The translations under genes and the position numbers were made by a program. Positions 50,512-60,673 of a stretch of 64,000 nt of DNA are shown one piece after another. The stretch's first letter is position 1; each line of letters begins with the position of its first letter. The stretch is from contig DATLGL010000064.1 of the NCBI GenBank assembly GCA_035540495.1, positions 4,265 to 68,264 on the forward strand, given 5' to 3'. Source of the DNA: Acidimicrobiales bacterium. GTDB lineage: Bacteria > Actinomycetota > Acidimicrobiia > Acidimicrobiales > CADCTF01. The notes below the pieces were generated by a model that had not been told where the DNA came from, made no database searches, and was given only the letters and a program-made list of their open reading frames with translations.

Positions 50512-50898
50512 ATGGAGATCTTGTCGGCGACGTTCGTCGAGAACATCGAGTTCCGTCAGGCCGAGGGGGGCACCACCCGCATCGACCTCTCTGGCGTCCA
50601 CTTCTCGCTGGCCGCTCCGAGCCCGCCGCCCGTCACCATCGCGCCCCACCTCGTCGTGCTCGTCCGCTGCCGCGTCGGCGAGAGCGACTTCTCGGCCCTC
50701 GAGGTCGTGTTCACCAACGAAGCCGGCGAGCAGGTGGCGCGGAGCGTGATGCCGTTCCAGGTCGAGCCGGGCAAGTTCGGGTACCGCCTCGTCCGGGCCG
50801 AGCTGACCTTCGACGACTACGGCACGATCGAGGCGCACTGCCAGCTCGATGACGGCCCGAAGACCGTCGTGCCGCTCACCCTCGTCGCGCCCGCGTAG
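50512..50898 (+). CDS. hypothetical protein (predicted all-beta), unknown family
   Basis: 128-aa ORF with good G/C3, 13 nt after the previous gene and 3 nt before the FIST gene. Confidence 0.55.
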   Translation: MEILSATFVENIEFRQAEGGTTRIDLSGVHFSLAAPSPPPVTIAPHLVVLVRCRVGESDFSALEVVFTNEAGEQVARSVMPFQVEPGKFGYRLVRAELTFDDYGTIEAHCQLDDGPKTVVPLTLVAPA

Positions 50899-50901
50899 GC
50901 C

Positions 50902-52056
50902 GTGCCGTTCGCGTCGGCGCTGTCGGAGCACCCCGATGCCGCGACCGCGGTCGGCGAGGTCGCCGGAAGGGTGATCGAGCAGTTGGGCGAGGCGCCGGAT
51001 GTGGCGCTGCTGTTCGTCACGACCTCCCACGAGACGCAGCTCAACCAGATCGCCGCCGCGGTGCGGCGCATCGTCGATCCCGCGGTCCTCGCAGGGTGCG
51101 TGACGGGATCCGTGCTCGGCACCGAGCGCGAGGTCGAGGACCGGCCGGCGATCTCGCTGTGGGCGGGGGTCACCGGTCCTGCTCGCGGGACAGTCCTCCG
51201 CGCGTCGCCATCGGGCGAAGGCGAGGCGTCACTGGCGGGGTGGCTGACGGACGACGAGCTCGGGTTCGGGCCGTCGGGCGTCATCGTGCTCGCAGATCCG
51301 TACTCGTTCCCCGCTCCTGCATTCCTCGGCTTCGTCGACGACGATCGTCCGGGGCTGCCCGTGATCGGGGGGTTCGCGTCGTCGCCTCGCCCGACGCTCG
51401 TGCTCGACGAGCAGTTCGTCACCGACGGCGCCGTGGCCGTTTTCCTCGGCCCGGACGTCGCCGTCGAGACCGTCGTGAGCCAGGGCTGTCGCCCCATCGG
51501 CGAACCGTGGGCAGTCACCGCAGCGGAGGGCAACCTCGTCCGCGAGCTCGGTGGCCGCCCACCGCTCGAGCGCCTGTCGCACCTCGCGAGCGACGCGCTG
51601 TCGGAGGAGGAGATCGCGCTCGTGAACCGGGGTGCGCTCCACGTGGGACGGGTCATCGACGAGCGGAAGGCCACGTTCGGTCGCGGCGACTTCCTCGTGC
51701 GCAACATCGTCGGCGGGGACCGAATCACCGGCGCGCTCGCCGTCGCCGACGACATCGAGGTCGGGACGACGCTGCAGTTCCACCTCCGCGATCCGGCGTC
51801 CGCGACGGACGACCTGCACACCCTGCTTCGGGGGCGACGGGCCGACAGCGCGCTCGTGTTCACGTGCAACGGACGCGGCCTGCACACGTTCGGCGTGGCA
51901 GACCACGACGCGTCGGTCGTGAGCGCCGAGCTCGGAGCGGTGCCGGTCGCCGGCATGTTCGCGGCCGGCGAGTTCGGGCCGGTCGGCGGCCGGAACTTCC
52001 TCCACGGGTTCACCGCGTCGATCGCCCTGATCAGCGACCGCACGGCCCCCGGGTAG
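50902..52056 (+). CDS. FIST-domain (FIST_N + FIST_C) sensory protein
   Basis: 384 aa. The C-terminal VAGMFAAGEFGPVGGRNFLHGFTASIALI is the typical FIST_C ending. Confidence 0.8.
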   Translation: MPFASALSEHPDAATAVGEVAGRVIEQLGEAPDVALLFVTTSHETQLNQIAAAVRRIVDPAVLAGCVTGSVLGTEREVEDRPAISLWAGVTGPARGTVLRASPSGEGEASLAGWLTDDELGFGPSGVIVLADPYSFPAPAFLGFVDDDRPGLPVIGGFASSPRPTLVLDEQFVTDGAVAVFLGPDVAVETVVSQGCRPIGEPWAVTAAEGNLVRELGGRPPLERLSHLASDALSEEEIALVNRGALHVGRVIDERKATFGRGDFLVRNIVGGDRITGALAVADDIEVGTTLQFHLRDPASATDDLHTLLRGRRADSALVFTCNGRGLHTFGVADHDASVVSAELGAVPVAGMFAAGEFGPVGGRNFLHGFTASIALISDRTAPG

Positions 52057-52065
52057 CGTCGGACC

Positions 52066-53910
52066 GTGGTCAGCACGGACGAGCTTCGAGAACTGGGTCA
52101 GCAGCTTCGGGTCGACAGCGTGCGGGCAGCCGCCGCTGCCAGCAGCGGGCATCCGACGTCGTCGATGTCGGCGGCCGACCTCGTCGCCGTCCTCGCGGCG
52201 AACCATCTCCGCTACGACTTCGACCAGCCCGACCACCCGAACAACGACCACCTGATCTTCTCGAAGGGGCACGCGTCGCCGCTGCTCTACGCCCTCTACC
52301 GGGTGTGCGGCGCGATCGACGACGACGAGTTGCTGTCGTTCCGCAAGCTCGGCAGCCGGATGGAGGGCCATCCCACGCCGCGCATCCCGTGGGTCGACGT
52401 GGCTACCGGTTCGCTCGGCCAGGGCCTGCCGATCGCCGTCGGCGTCGCGATCGCCGGGAAGTACCTCGAGCAGCTCCCGTACCGCACGTGGGTCCTGTGC
52501 GGCGACAGCGAGATGGCCGAGGGCTCCATGTGGGAGGCCTTCGAAGCCGCGGGCGTCCGCGGGCTCGACAACCTCTGCGCCATCATCGACGTCAACCGGC
52601 TAGGCCAGCGCGGCGAGACGATGCACGGGTGGGACCTCGGCGCCTACCGGGCCCGTGCCGAGGCCTTCGGCTGGCACGTCGTCGAGATCGACGGCCACGA
52701 CGTCGACGCCATCGACGCCGCGTTCGCCGAGGCCCGGTCGACGACCGGCAAGCCCACGTGCATCGTCGCCCGCACCAAGAAGGGCAAGGGCGTCAAAGCC
52801 GTCGAAGACCTGCCCGACAAGCACGGCAAGCCGCTCGACGACGCCGAGTCGGCGATCGAGGAGCTCGGGGGCCGGCGCGACGTGCGGATCGACGTCGCCA
52901 AGCCGGAGCCGGGTGAGCGCAGGTCGTTCGACAGCGGCGAGCTCGATCTTCCGACGTACGAGGTCGGCTCCAAGGTCGCCACCCGCAAGGCGTACGGCGA
53001 TGCGCTTGCTGCGCTGGCGCTCGCTCACGGCGACCTCGTAGCGATCGATGGAGAGGTGAGCAACTCCACGTACTCGGAGACCGTCGACAAGGTCGCGCCC
53101 GAGCGCTTCTTCCAGATGTACATCGCCGAGCAGCAGATGGTGGCGACGGCCATCGGGATGCAGGTCCAGAGGTGGAAGCCGTTCGTCGCGACGTTCGCCG
53201 CGTTCCTGGCACGGGCCTACGACTTCGTTCGCATGGCACAGATCAGCCAGGCGACGTTCTCGCTCTGCGGCTCGCACGCAGGCGTGTCGATCGGTGAGGA
53301 CGGGCCCTCGCAGATGGCGCTCGAAGACCTCGCGGAGTTCCGCGCCATCCACGGCTCGACGGTTCTGTACCCCTGTGACGGCAACCAGACGGCGAAGCTG
53401 CTCTCGCTCCTCGTCGACCAGCCCGGCATCTCCTACCTGCGCACCACCCGTGGCAACACGCCCGTCATCTACGGCCCGGACGACGACTTCGAGATCGGCG
53501 GGTCGCGCGTGGTGCGTGGCGGAGGCGACGACGACGCCGTCACGATCGTGGGTGCGGGCATCACGCTGCACGAGGCGATCAAGGCCGCCGACGCGCTGTC
53601 GTCCGACGGCATCAGCGCGCGCGTGATCGATCTCTACTCGGTGAAGCCGGTCGATGCGGCGACGCTGCTCGACGCCGCTCGCGCCACCGGCGGCCGCGTC
53701 GTCGTGGTGGAAGACCACTGGCCCGAGGGAGGCCTCGGCGACACGGTGTTGGGCGCGCTCGCCGAGAGCGGGCTTCCGCTTCGTGTCCGGAAGCTCGCGG
53801 TGCGCGACCTGCCGGGCTCCGGCACCCCGGACGAGCTCGTCGCGGCGGCCGGGATCGACGCCGCCGCGATCGCCGACGCCGCCCGTCAACTCGCGAAGGA
53901 GGCCGGGTAG
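52066..53910 (+). CDS. tkt: transketolase
   Basis: 614 aa. SGHPTSSMSAADL, FSKGHASPLLYA, and the TPP motif GDSEMAEGSMWEA. Confidence 0.95.
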   Translation: MVSTDELRELGQQLRVDSVRAAAAASSGHPTSSMSAADLVAVLAANHLRYDFDQPDHPNNDHLIFSKGHASPLLYALYRVCGAIDDDELLSFRKLGSRMEGHPTPRIPWVDVATGSLGQGLPIAVGVAIAGKYLEQLPYRTWVLCGDSEMAEGSMWEAFEAAGVRGLDNLCAIIDVNRLGQRGETMHGWDLGAYRARAEAFGWHVVEIDGHDVDAIDAAFAEARSTTGKPTCIVARTKKGKGVKAVEDLPDKHGKPLDDAESAIEELGGRRDVRIDVAKPEPGERRSFDSGELDLPTYEVGSKVATRKAYGDALAALALAHGDLVAIDGEVSNSTYSETVDKVAPERFFQMYIAEQQMVATAIGMQVQRWKPFVATFAAFLARAYDFVRMAQISQATFSLCGSHAGVSIGEDGPSQMALEDLAEFRAIHGSTVLYPCDGNQTAKLLSLLVDQPGISYLRTTRGNTPVIYGPDDDFEIGGSRVVRGGGDDDAVTIVGAGITLHEAIKAADALSSDGISARVIDLYSVKPVDAATLLDAARATGGRVVVVEDHWPEGGLGDTVLGALAESGLPLRVRKLAVRDLPGSGTPDELVAAAGIDAAAIADAARQLAKEAG

Positions 53911-53920
53911 GGTCCGCCTC

Positions 53921-55024
53921 GTGACCCGGACCCGCCTCCACGACCTCTTCGAAGCCGAGGGGCAGAGCCCCTGGATCGACAACCTGACCCGCACCGCGCT
54001 CCGCAACGGTGACCTGCAGCGCCTCGTCGATCAGGGGATCCGCGGCGTCACCAGCAACCCGACGATCTTCCAGAAGGCGATCGCCGGGAGCGACGCCTAC
54101 GACGACCAGTTCGGCCGCCTGATCCGAGAGAAGAACGTCGAAGAGGCGTACTGGGACGTCGTCTTCGACGACATCCGCGACGCGCTCCAGGTGCTGCGGC
54201 CGGTGTACGACGAGAGCGGCGGGACCGACGGGTTCGTCAGCCTCGAGCTCTCGCCGTCGCTCGCGCGCGACACCGAGACGTCGACCGCCGATGCACGCCG
54301 GTTCCACGAGACGATCGCCGAGCCGAACCTCATGGTGAAGATCCCGGGCACCGCCGAGGGGCTGCCGGCGATCCGCCAGATGATCGCCGAGGGCCGGAAC
54401 ATCAACGTGACGCTCATCTTCAGCGTCGAGCGCTACGCGGAGGTGATCGAGGCGTACCTCGCGGGTCTGGAGCAGTTCGCCGCCGGCGGCGGCGAACTGT
54501 CGTCGGTCGCGAGCGTCGCCAGCTTCTTCATCAGCCGGGTCGACACCGAGGTCGACCGCCGCCTCGAGGAGATCGGGACCCCTGAAGCCCTCGAGCTTCG
54601 CGGCAAGGCTGCGGTCGCTCAGGCGAAGCTGGCCTACGCGCTCCACCTCGACACGATCGCGAGCGACCGGTGGAAGGCCCTCGCCGCGAAGCGTGCGCGC
54701 GCGCAGCGCCCGCTGTGGGCGTCTACCTCGACGAAGAACCCGAGCTACCCCGACCTGCTCTACGTCGACACCCTGATCGGTCCCGACACCGTCAACACGA
54801 TGCCCGACGCAACCGTCGAGGCGTTCCTCGACCACGGGACCGTCGCCCGCACCGTCGACGTCGGGCTCGACGACGCGCGCCGGACGCTCGACCGCATCAG
54901 CGAGGTCGGCGTGAACCTGGCCGACGTGGCGGTGCGGCTCGAGGACGAGGGCGTGGCGGCATTCGTCAAGTCGTTCGACGAGCTCATCCAGTCGCTCCAG
55001 GACAAGGCCTCGTCGCTGTCGTGA
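53921..55024 (+). CDS. tal: transaldolase
   Basis: Start GTG at VTRTRLHDLFEAEGQSPWIDNL. GVTSNPTIFQKA. MVKIPGT (Schiff-base Lys). Confidence 0.9.
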   Translation: MTRTRLHDLFEAEGQSPWIDNLTRTALRNGDLQRLVDQGIRGVTSNPTIFQKAIAGSDAYDDQFGRLIREKNVEEAYWDVVFDDIRDALQVLRPVYDESGGTDGFVSLELSPSLARDTETSTADARRFHETIAEPNLMVKIPGTAEGLPAIRQMIAEGRNINVTLIFSVERYAEVIEAYLAGLEQFAAGGGELSSVASVASFFISRVDTEVDRRLEEIGTPEALELRGKAAVAQAKLAYALHLDTIASDRWKALAAKRARAQRPLWASTSTKNPSYPDLLYVDTLIGPDTVNTMPDATVEAFLDHGTVARTVDVGLDDARRTLDRISEVGVNLADVAVRLEDEGVAAFVKSFDELIQSLQDKASSLS

Positions 55025-56370
55025 GCGAACTCTGGGACCGGCTGCAGCGCCGCGATGCGTCGCTGTGGCCGGAGGGCAACGTCTCCCCCACGCGGCTCGG
55101 CTGGCTCGACAGCCCGACGACCTACCGAGACCAGGCGGCCGACCTGCAGTCCTGGGCCGCCACCATCGACGCGTCGAAGATCGTCCTGCTCGGCATGGGC
55201 GGCTCGTCCCTCGGTCCCGAGGTGCTGCGCGCCCTCGCGGGCAGCGATCGACTCGTGGTCCTCGACACCACCGACCCTCGCACGATCGCGTCGACGGAGC
55301 TCGACGACGCCTTCGTGCTCGTCAGCTCCAAGTCGGGCGGCACGCTCGAGGTCCAGACGCTCCTCGCGCACGCGTGGGACCGCGCCGGCGGCGACGGCTC
55401 GCGCTTCGCCGCGATCACCGACCCTGACACCGCGCTCGGGAAGCTCGCGGAGGAGCGAGGGTTCTCGCGCGCGTTCGTGAACGACCCGAACATCGGCGGG
55501 CGGTACTCGGTCCTCTCGCTGTTCGGCCTCGTGCCCGCCGCGCTGCTCGGCTACGACGTCGCAGAGCTCTGCGACAGGGCGGGCCGCATCGATCGCGAGG
55601 AGGCCGTCGAGCTGGGCCTCGCGATGGGCAGGGCCGCGGTCGAGGGACGAGACAAGGTCACGATACGCACCGCACCGGCCAGCGCGGCGTTCGGCCTGTG
55701 GGTCGAGCAGCTCATCGCGGAGTCGACCGGCAAGCAGGGCAAGGGCTGCGTGCCCGTGCCGACGACGGAGGTCGAGGAGGGAGACGACCGCTTCATCCAG
55801 AGCGTGCACCTCGGTGAAGCACACGACGTCGCCGGGGAGTTCTTCCGGTGGCAGATCGCCACGGCGATCGCCGGTCACGTCCTCGGCATCGACCCGTTCG
55901 ACGAACCGAACGTCACCGAGTCGAAGGAGAACACCAAGCGGGTCCTCGACAACCTCCCGCTCCCCGAGGTCGACCACGTCGAGCCGTCCGGTGTCACCGC
56001 GTGGCTGGCCGATCAAGTCGAGGAGGGCGACTACGTGTCGATCCAGGCGTTCCTCCCGTACGACCAGACCGACGCCCTCGACACGCTCCGGCGCCAGGTG
56101 CGCGACACGCTCGGCGGGGTCGCCGTGACCGCGGGGTTCGGACCGCGGTTCCTGCACTCGACCGGCCAGCTCCACAAGGGCGGCGCGAACAACGTGGTGG
56201 CGGTCCAGCTCGTGCCCGCACATCCCACGGCGAAGCTCGACATCCCGGGCTTCGAGTACGACTTCGCGACGCTGATCGCCGCGCAGGCCCAGGGCGACTA
56301 CGAGAGCCTGAGGAACCACGACCGTCGGGTGCTGCGGGTCCCGATCGACCACATCGGGGAGGTTGCCTAG
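55021..56370 (+). CDS. pgi: glucose-6-phosphate isomerase (short SIS-type)
   Basis: GTG 55021 overlaps the tal stop (GTGA). LLGMGGSSLGPEV, VSSKSGGTLE, IGGRYSVLS. Confidence 0.85.
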   Translation: MSELWDRLQRRDASLWPEGNVSPTRLGWLDSPTTYRDQAADLQSWAATIDASKIVLLGMGGSSLGPEVLRALAGSDRLVVLDTTDPRTIASTELDDAFVLVSSKSGGTLEVQTLLAHAWDRAGGDGSRFAAITDPDTALGKLAEERGFSRAFVNDPNIGGRYSVLSLFGLVPAALLGYDVAELCDRAGRIDREEAVELGLAMGRAAVEGRDKVTIRTAPASAAFGLWVEQLIAESTGKQGKGCVPVPTTEVEEGDDRFIQSVHLGEAHDVAGEFFRWQIATAIAGHVLGIDPFDEPNVTESKENTKRVLDNLPLPEVDHVEPSGVTAWLADQVEEGDYVSIQAFLPYDQTDALDTLRRQVRDTLGGVAVTAGFGPRFLHSTGQLHKGGANNVVAVQLVPAHPTAKLDIPGFEYDFATLIAAQAQGDYESLRNHDRRVLRVPIDHIGEVA

Positions 56371-57351
56371 ATGCAGCTCGGCATGGTCGGGCTCGGCCGC
56401 ATGGGCGGCAACATGACGGAACGCCTGCTCCAGCGCGGGCATCAGGTCGTGGCTTACGACCGCAATCCGGACACCGTCGCCGCCGCGGCGTCGGAAGGCG
56501 CAACGGCCGCCGACTCGCTCGCCGACCTCGTGGCGAAGCTCGAGGCGCCGCGCGCCGTGTGGGTGATGGTGCCTGCGGGCGCGCCGACGCTCGCGACCGT
56601 CGAGGAGCTGTCGGGGCTGCTCGAGGCCGGCGACACGATCGTCGACGGGGGCAACAGCCGCTACACGGAAGCGATGGAGCACAGCGCGCGACTACGCGAC
56701 CGTGGCATCTCCTTCATCGACGCCGGCGTGTCAGGCGGGGTGTGGGGCCTTAAGGTCGGCTACTGCCTGATGGTGGGCGGAGATCGCGAGGCGGTCGCCC
56801 GCCTGGAGCCGATCTTCACCGCGCTGGCGCCGGAGAACGGCTTCGCCCACGTCGGCCCGTCTGGTGCAGGCCACTTCACGAAGATGGTCCACAACGGCAT
56901 CGAGTACGGCATGCTGCAGGCGTACGCCGAGGGCTTCGCGCTGCTCGACGCGGCGGAGGAGTTCTCGCTCGACCTCCACCAGATCTCGTCGCTGTGGAAC
57001 CACGGGTCGGTCGTGCGGTCGTGGCTCCTGGAGCTGGCCGAGCTCGCGCTGGCCGAGCCGGACGAGTTCCGCGGGATCAAGGGGTACGTCGAAGACTCCG
57101 GCGAAGGACGGTGGACCGTCGAGGAGGGCATCAACCGCGCGGTGCCGACGCCGGTCATCGCAGCGTCGCTCTACGCCCGGTTCGCGTCTCGGGACGACGA
57201 GCGGTTCGCCGCCCGCATCGTCGCGGCGCTGCGCAACCAGTTCGGCGGCCACCGGTTCTTCACCGAGGCCCCAGCGGCCGAGGCCGCGAAGGAAGCGGCC
57301 GGATCGGCCGAGGCGGGCGCGGGCCCTGAAGCCGCCGCAACCGATCGCTGA
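56371..57351 (+). CDS. gnd: 6-phosphogluconate dehydrogenase, decarboxylating (short Gnd-like form)
   Basis: MQLGMVGLGRMGGNM (Rossmann). GHFTKMVHNGIEYG. The ATG directly follows the pgi TAG. Confidence 0.9.
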   Translation: MQLGMVGLGRMGGNMTERLLQRGHQVVAYDRNPDTVAAAASEGATAADSLADLVAKLEAPRAVWVMVPAGAPTLATVEELSGLLEAGDTIVDGGNSRYTEAMEHSARLRDRGISFIDAGVSGGVWGLKVGYCLMVGGDREAVARLEPIFTALAPENGFAHVGPSGAGHFTKMVHNGIEYGMLQAYAEGFALLDAAEEFSLDLHQISSLWNHGSVVRSWLLELAELALAEPDEFRGIKGYVEDSGEGRWTVEEGINRAVPTPVIAASLYARFASRDDERFAARIVAALRNQFGGHRFFTEAPAAEAAKEAAGSAEAGAGPEAAATDR

Positions 57352-57366
57352 GCCGGCGACCGCGGG

Positions 57367-58875
57367 ATGAGCGACAACCCGCTCATGGCCGGGCTCGACG
57401 ACGAGCGCCGCGCCCCTCCGGTCGCCCTGGTCGTGTTCGGCGCCTCCGGCGACCTCACCTCTCGGAAGCTCATGCCCGCGCTCGAGCGGCTGGCGAGACG
57501 CCGGCTGCTGCCTCCCGGCTTCACCGTCGTCGGCGTCGCCCGCACCGAGTGGGAGGACGACGACTTCCGCGCCCGGATGATCGAGGCGGTCGAGGATGCC
57601 GGCCCGGAGTGGCGGTCGGTGTGCGAACGCTTCCGCTACGTCGCCGGTGACTACGCCGACCCCTCGACGTTCGAGCGGCTGCGTCGGGTGCTCGACGACA
57701 CCGACCGCACGGTCGGTACCGCGGGCAACCGGGTCCATTACCTCGCCACCGTTCCATCGGTGTTCTCGCTCGTGGCTCGTGCTCTGGCCGTCCACGGTCT
57801 GGCCAAGCCGGACACCGACGAGTCGTTCGTTCGCGTCGTCTTCGAGAAGCCGTTCGGGCACGACCTCGAAAGTGCTCGGTCTCTCGACCGCGAGCTCCAC
57901 GGCGTGCTCGATGAAGACCAGATCTACCGCATCGACCACTACCTCGGGAAGGAGACGGTCCAGGGCGTCTTCGCCCTCCGGTTCGCGAACGCGATCTTCG
58001 AGCCCATCTGGAACCGGCGCTACGTCGACGCGGTGCAGATCACCGTCGCCGAGTCGGTCGGCGTCGGACACCGGGCCGGCTTCTACGAGTCGGCCGGCGC
58101 GATGCGCGACATCGTGCAGAACCACGTGATGCAGGTGCTGGCCTCCATGGCGATGGAACCGCCTTCGCAGTTCGACGCCCAGTCGATCCGCGACGAGAAG
58201 GTGAAGGTGCTCCGCTCTGTAGCCACCCTCACGCCGGCGGAGGTCGAGACCGAGGTCGTGCGGGGGCAGTACGACCGCGGGTGGGTCGAGGGCGAGGAGG
58301 TGGTCGGCTACCGAGAGGAGGAAGGCGTGGCGCCCGGCAGCCGCACCGAGACGTATCTGGCCATGCGCCTCTTCGTCGACAACTGGCGGTGGGCGGACGT
58401 CCCGTTCTACGTCCGCACCGGCAAGCGTCTTCCGAAGCGGGTCACCGAAGTCGCTCTCGAGTTCAAGGCCGTGCCCCACCTGCCGTTCGCGACGACCCTC
58501 ACCCGAGGCCTCGACCGGAACGCGCTGGTGCTGCGGATCCAGCCGGACGAGGGCATCACCCTTCGCTTCGGTGCCAAGGTGCCGGGGCAGGCGTTCAAGG
58601 TGCGCACCGTGTCGATGGATTTCTCCTACGGCGCCGCGTTCGTCGAGGAGACGCCTGACGCGTACGAGCGGTTGCTCCTCGACGCGATGGTGGGCGACCC
58701 GACGCTCTTCATCCGGACCGACGAGGTCGAGCACTCCTGGCGGATCGTGCAGCCGATCCTCGACCGGTGGGCGGACGGGGACGCCCCCCTCGCCCGCTAC
58801 GAGGCGGGCACATGGGGTCCGAAGGAAGCGGACGAGCTTCTCGAGCGCGAGGGGCACCGATGGCGCACACCATGA
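57367..58875 (+). CDS. zwf: glucose-6-phosphate 1-dehydrogenase
   Basis: VVFGASGDLTSRKL, RIDHYLGKE, EKPFG. Confidence 0.95.
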   Translation: MSDNPLMAGLDDERRAPPVALVVFGASGDLTSRKLMPALERLARRRLLPPGFTVVGVARTEWEDDDFRARMIEAVEDAGPEWRSVCERFRYVAGDYADPSTFERLRRVLDDTDRTVGTAGNRVHYLATVPSVFSLVARALAVHGLAKPDTDESFVRVVFEKPFGHDLESARSLDRELHGVLDEDQIYRIDHYLGKETVQGVFALRFANAIFEPIWNRRYVDAVQITVAESVGVGHRAGFYESAGAMRDIVQNHVMQVLASMAMEPPSQFDAQSIRDEKVKVLRSVATLTPAEVETEVVRGQYDRGWVEGEEVVGYREEEGVAPGSRTETYLAMRLFVDNWRWADVPFYVRTGKRLPKRVTEVALEFKAVPHLPFATTLTRGLDRNALVLRIQPDEGITLRFGAKVPGQAFKVRTVSMDFSYGAAFVEETPDAYERLLLDAMVGDPTLFIRTDEVEHSWRIVQPILDRWADGDAPLARYEAGTWGPKEADELLEREGHRWRTP

Positions 58876-59879
58876 GCGGCGTGGTGCCGGACGAGATCTG
58901 CACGTTGTCGGTGTGGTCGGAGGACGCGGTCCGTCTGAGTGACGTGCTCGCCGCGCTCGAGGCCATGCGGAAGCCCGAGCCGATGCCCCCCACGCGCACG
59001 AGCGTGCTGACGCTCGTGGTCGTCGCGACGAAGGCGTCCTCGGCCGACCGAGCGGAGCAGGCACTGCACGAGCTCGGCGGCCGCCATCCGGCGCGGGTGC
59101 TCACGCTGCTGGTCGACCGAGACACAGCCGCGGCGCACGCTCCCGGCGGTCTCGACGCGCACCTCACCCTTCTGGGGAGCGAGGCCGAAGGACACCCGGT
59201 CTGGTTCGAGGACGTGCGACTCACCGTGCGCGGGCGCGTCATCGACCACCTCGACTCCCTCGTCGAGCCCTTCACGATCCCCGACCTGCCGGTGGTCGTC
59301 TGGTTCGTCGACGGCTTACCGACGCCCGACGAGGCGTTGCTCGAGGCGGCCGACGTGGTGCTCGTTGACGCGCGTGACTTCGGCGACACCGACTGCTTCG
59401 CCACGCTGGCAGAGCTGCGTGCTCGCCCGCTCGTCGACCTGTCTTGGCATCGGCTGCGGCCGTGGCGCGAGCTGCTCGCGTCGCTGTTCGAACGTCCCGA
59501 CACCCGGCCCTTCCTCCGCGGCGTGCGATCGGTGCGGGTCGCCGGACGCACCGGGCCACGCCACCTGCTCGCCGGATGGATCGCCGACCGCTTGCAGGTC
59601 CCGACACCCGAGGTCCATCTCGAACCGGCCGAGCACGTGAGCATCGAGGTGATCTGTGAGATCGACGGCCGGCACGGCCGGTTCGAGGTCGTCCGCACGA
59701 GCGACGAGCGCGTCGTGCGGGCGCGGGCCTCGGTGACCGACGGCGCCACGTCGGAAGCGCTCGTCCCGCTCCCCGATCTGTCACCGGCCTGGGGACTCGC
59801 ATCGGCGCTGTCGTCTCTCGACCGCGACGAGGTGTACGAGGGTGCGCTCGCCAAAGCGCTCGTGCTTGCGAGCCGGTGA
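58872..59879 (+). CDS. opcA: glucose-6-phosphate dehydrogenase assembly protein OpcA
   Basis: ATG 58872 overlaps the zwf TGA (ATGA); an alternative ATG lies at 58860. RTSVLTLVVVA...GGRHPARVL...DLPVVVWF are typical of OpcA. Confidence 0.85.
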   Translation: MSGVVPDEICTLSVWSEDAVRLSDVLAALEAMRKPEPMPPTRTSVLTLVVVATKASSADRAEQALHELGGRHPARVLTLLVDRDTAAAHAPGGLDAHLTLLGSEAEGHPVWFEDVRLTVRGRVIDHLDSLVEPFTIPDLPVVVWFVDGLPTPDEALLEAADVVLVDARDFGDTDCFATLAELRARPLVDLSWHRLRPWRELLASLFERPDTRPFLRGVRSVRVAGRTGPRHLLAGWIADRLQVPTPEVHLEPAEHVSIEVICEIDGRHGRFEVVRTSDERVVRARASVTDGATSEALVPLPDLSPAWGLASALSSLDRDEVYEGALAKALVLASR

Positions 59880-59904
59880 TCGAGGCGCACCTAGAGTCGC
59901 CGGC

Positions 59905-60570
59905 GTGAACGGACAGCTGACCGTCGTCGACGACGTCCCTGCCGCGTTCGCCGCGCGCGTGGTCGAGGCGTACGAGGCGCGCGAGACGGAGAGCTTCTCC
60001 ATCGCGCTGTCGGGCGGCGAGACGGCACGCCGCTGCTACGAGCGGCTGGCCGAGGTGGCGACCGAGCGCATCGACTGGTGGAAGGTCCAGATCTACTGGG
60101 GCGACGAACGCTGCGTCCCGTCGGACTCGCCGGAATCGAACGAGCGCCTCGTCCGCGAGGCGCTGCTCGAGCGGGTCGGCGCGGCGGACGCGGTCTATCC
60201 GATGCGATGCGACGAAGGACCCGAGGCGTACCAGCTTCGAGTCGGCGACCTCGGCCGGTTCGACATCGTCCACCTCGGTCTCGGCCCCGACGGCCACACC
60301 GCGTCGCTGTTCCCCGAGTCGGCCGCGCTCGACGCCGACCCCGGGCTCCTCGTGGTGAGCAACGAGGATCCTCTCGGCAACAACCCCCACAAGCGCATGA
60401 CGCTCACCTTCGCCGGCATCGCGCGCGCCCGACTCGTGCTGGTCACGGTCGAGGGCGAAGAGAAGGCCGACGCGATGCAGGCGGTGTACGAAGGCCGCGA
60501 CGTGCCCGCTGCGAGGGTGACCGCCGACGAGGTCGTCTGGCTCGTCGACCCCGCTGCCGCGCCCCACTGA
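59905..60570 (+). CDS. pgl: 6-phosphogluconolactonase
   Basis: Start GTG at VNGQLTVV. ALSGGETA, WGDERCVP, LGLGPDGHTASLFP. Confidence 0.9.
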   Translation: MNGQLTVVDDVPAAFAARVVEAYEARETESFSIALSGGETARRCYERLAEVATERIDWWKVQIYWGDERCVPSDSPESNERLVREALLERVGAADAVYPMRCDEGPEAYQLRVGDLGRFDIVHLGLGPDGHTASLFPESAALDADPGLLVVSNEDPLGNNPHKRMTLTFAGIARARLVLVTVEGEEKADAMQAVYEGRDVPAARVTADEVVWLVDPAAAPH

Positions 60571-60673
60571 TTCCTCGCTCCTGGTCGCTGCGCGCACCTC
60601 CCGCCCGGTGCCCGGGTGCGGGGGCAGTTGCAGGTCGTCGTGGTCCGTTGCGGAAAGCAACTGACCTGCTACG

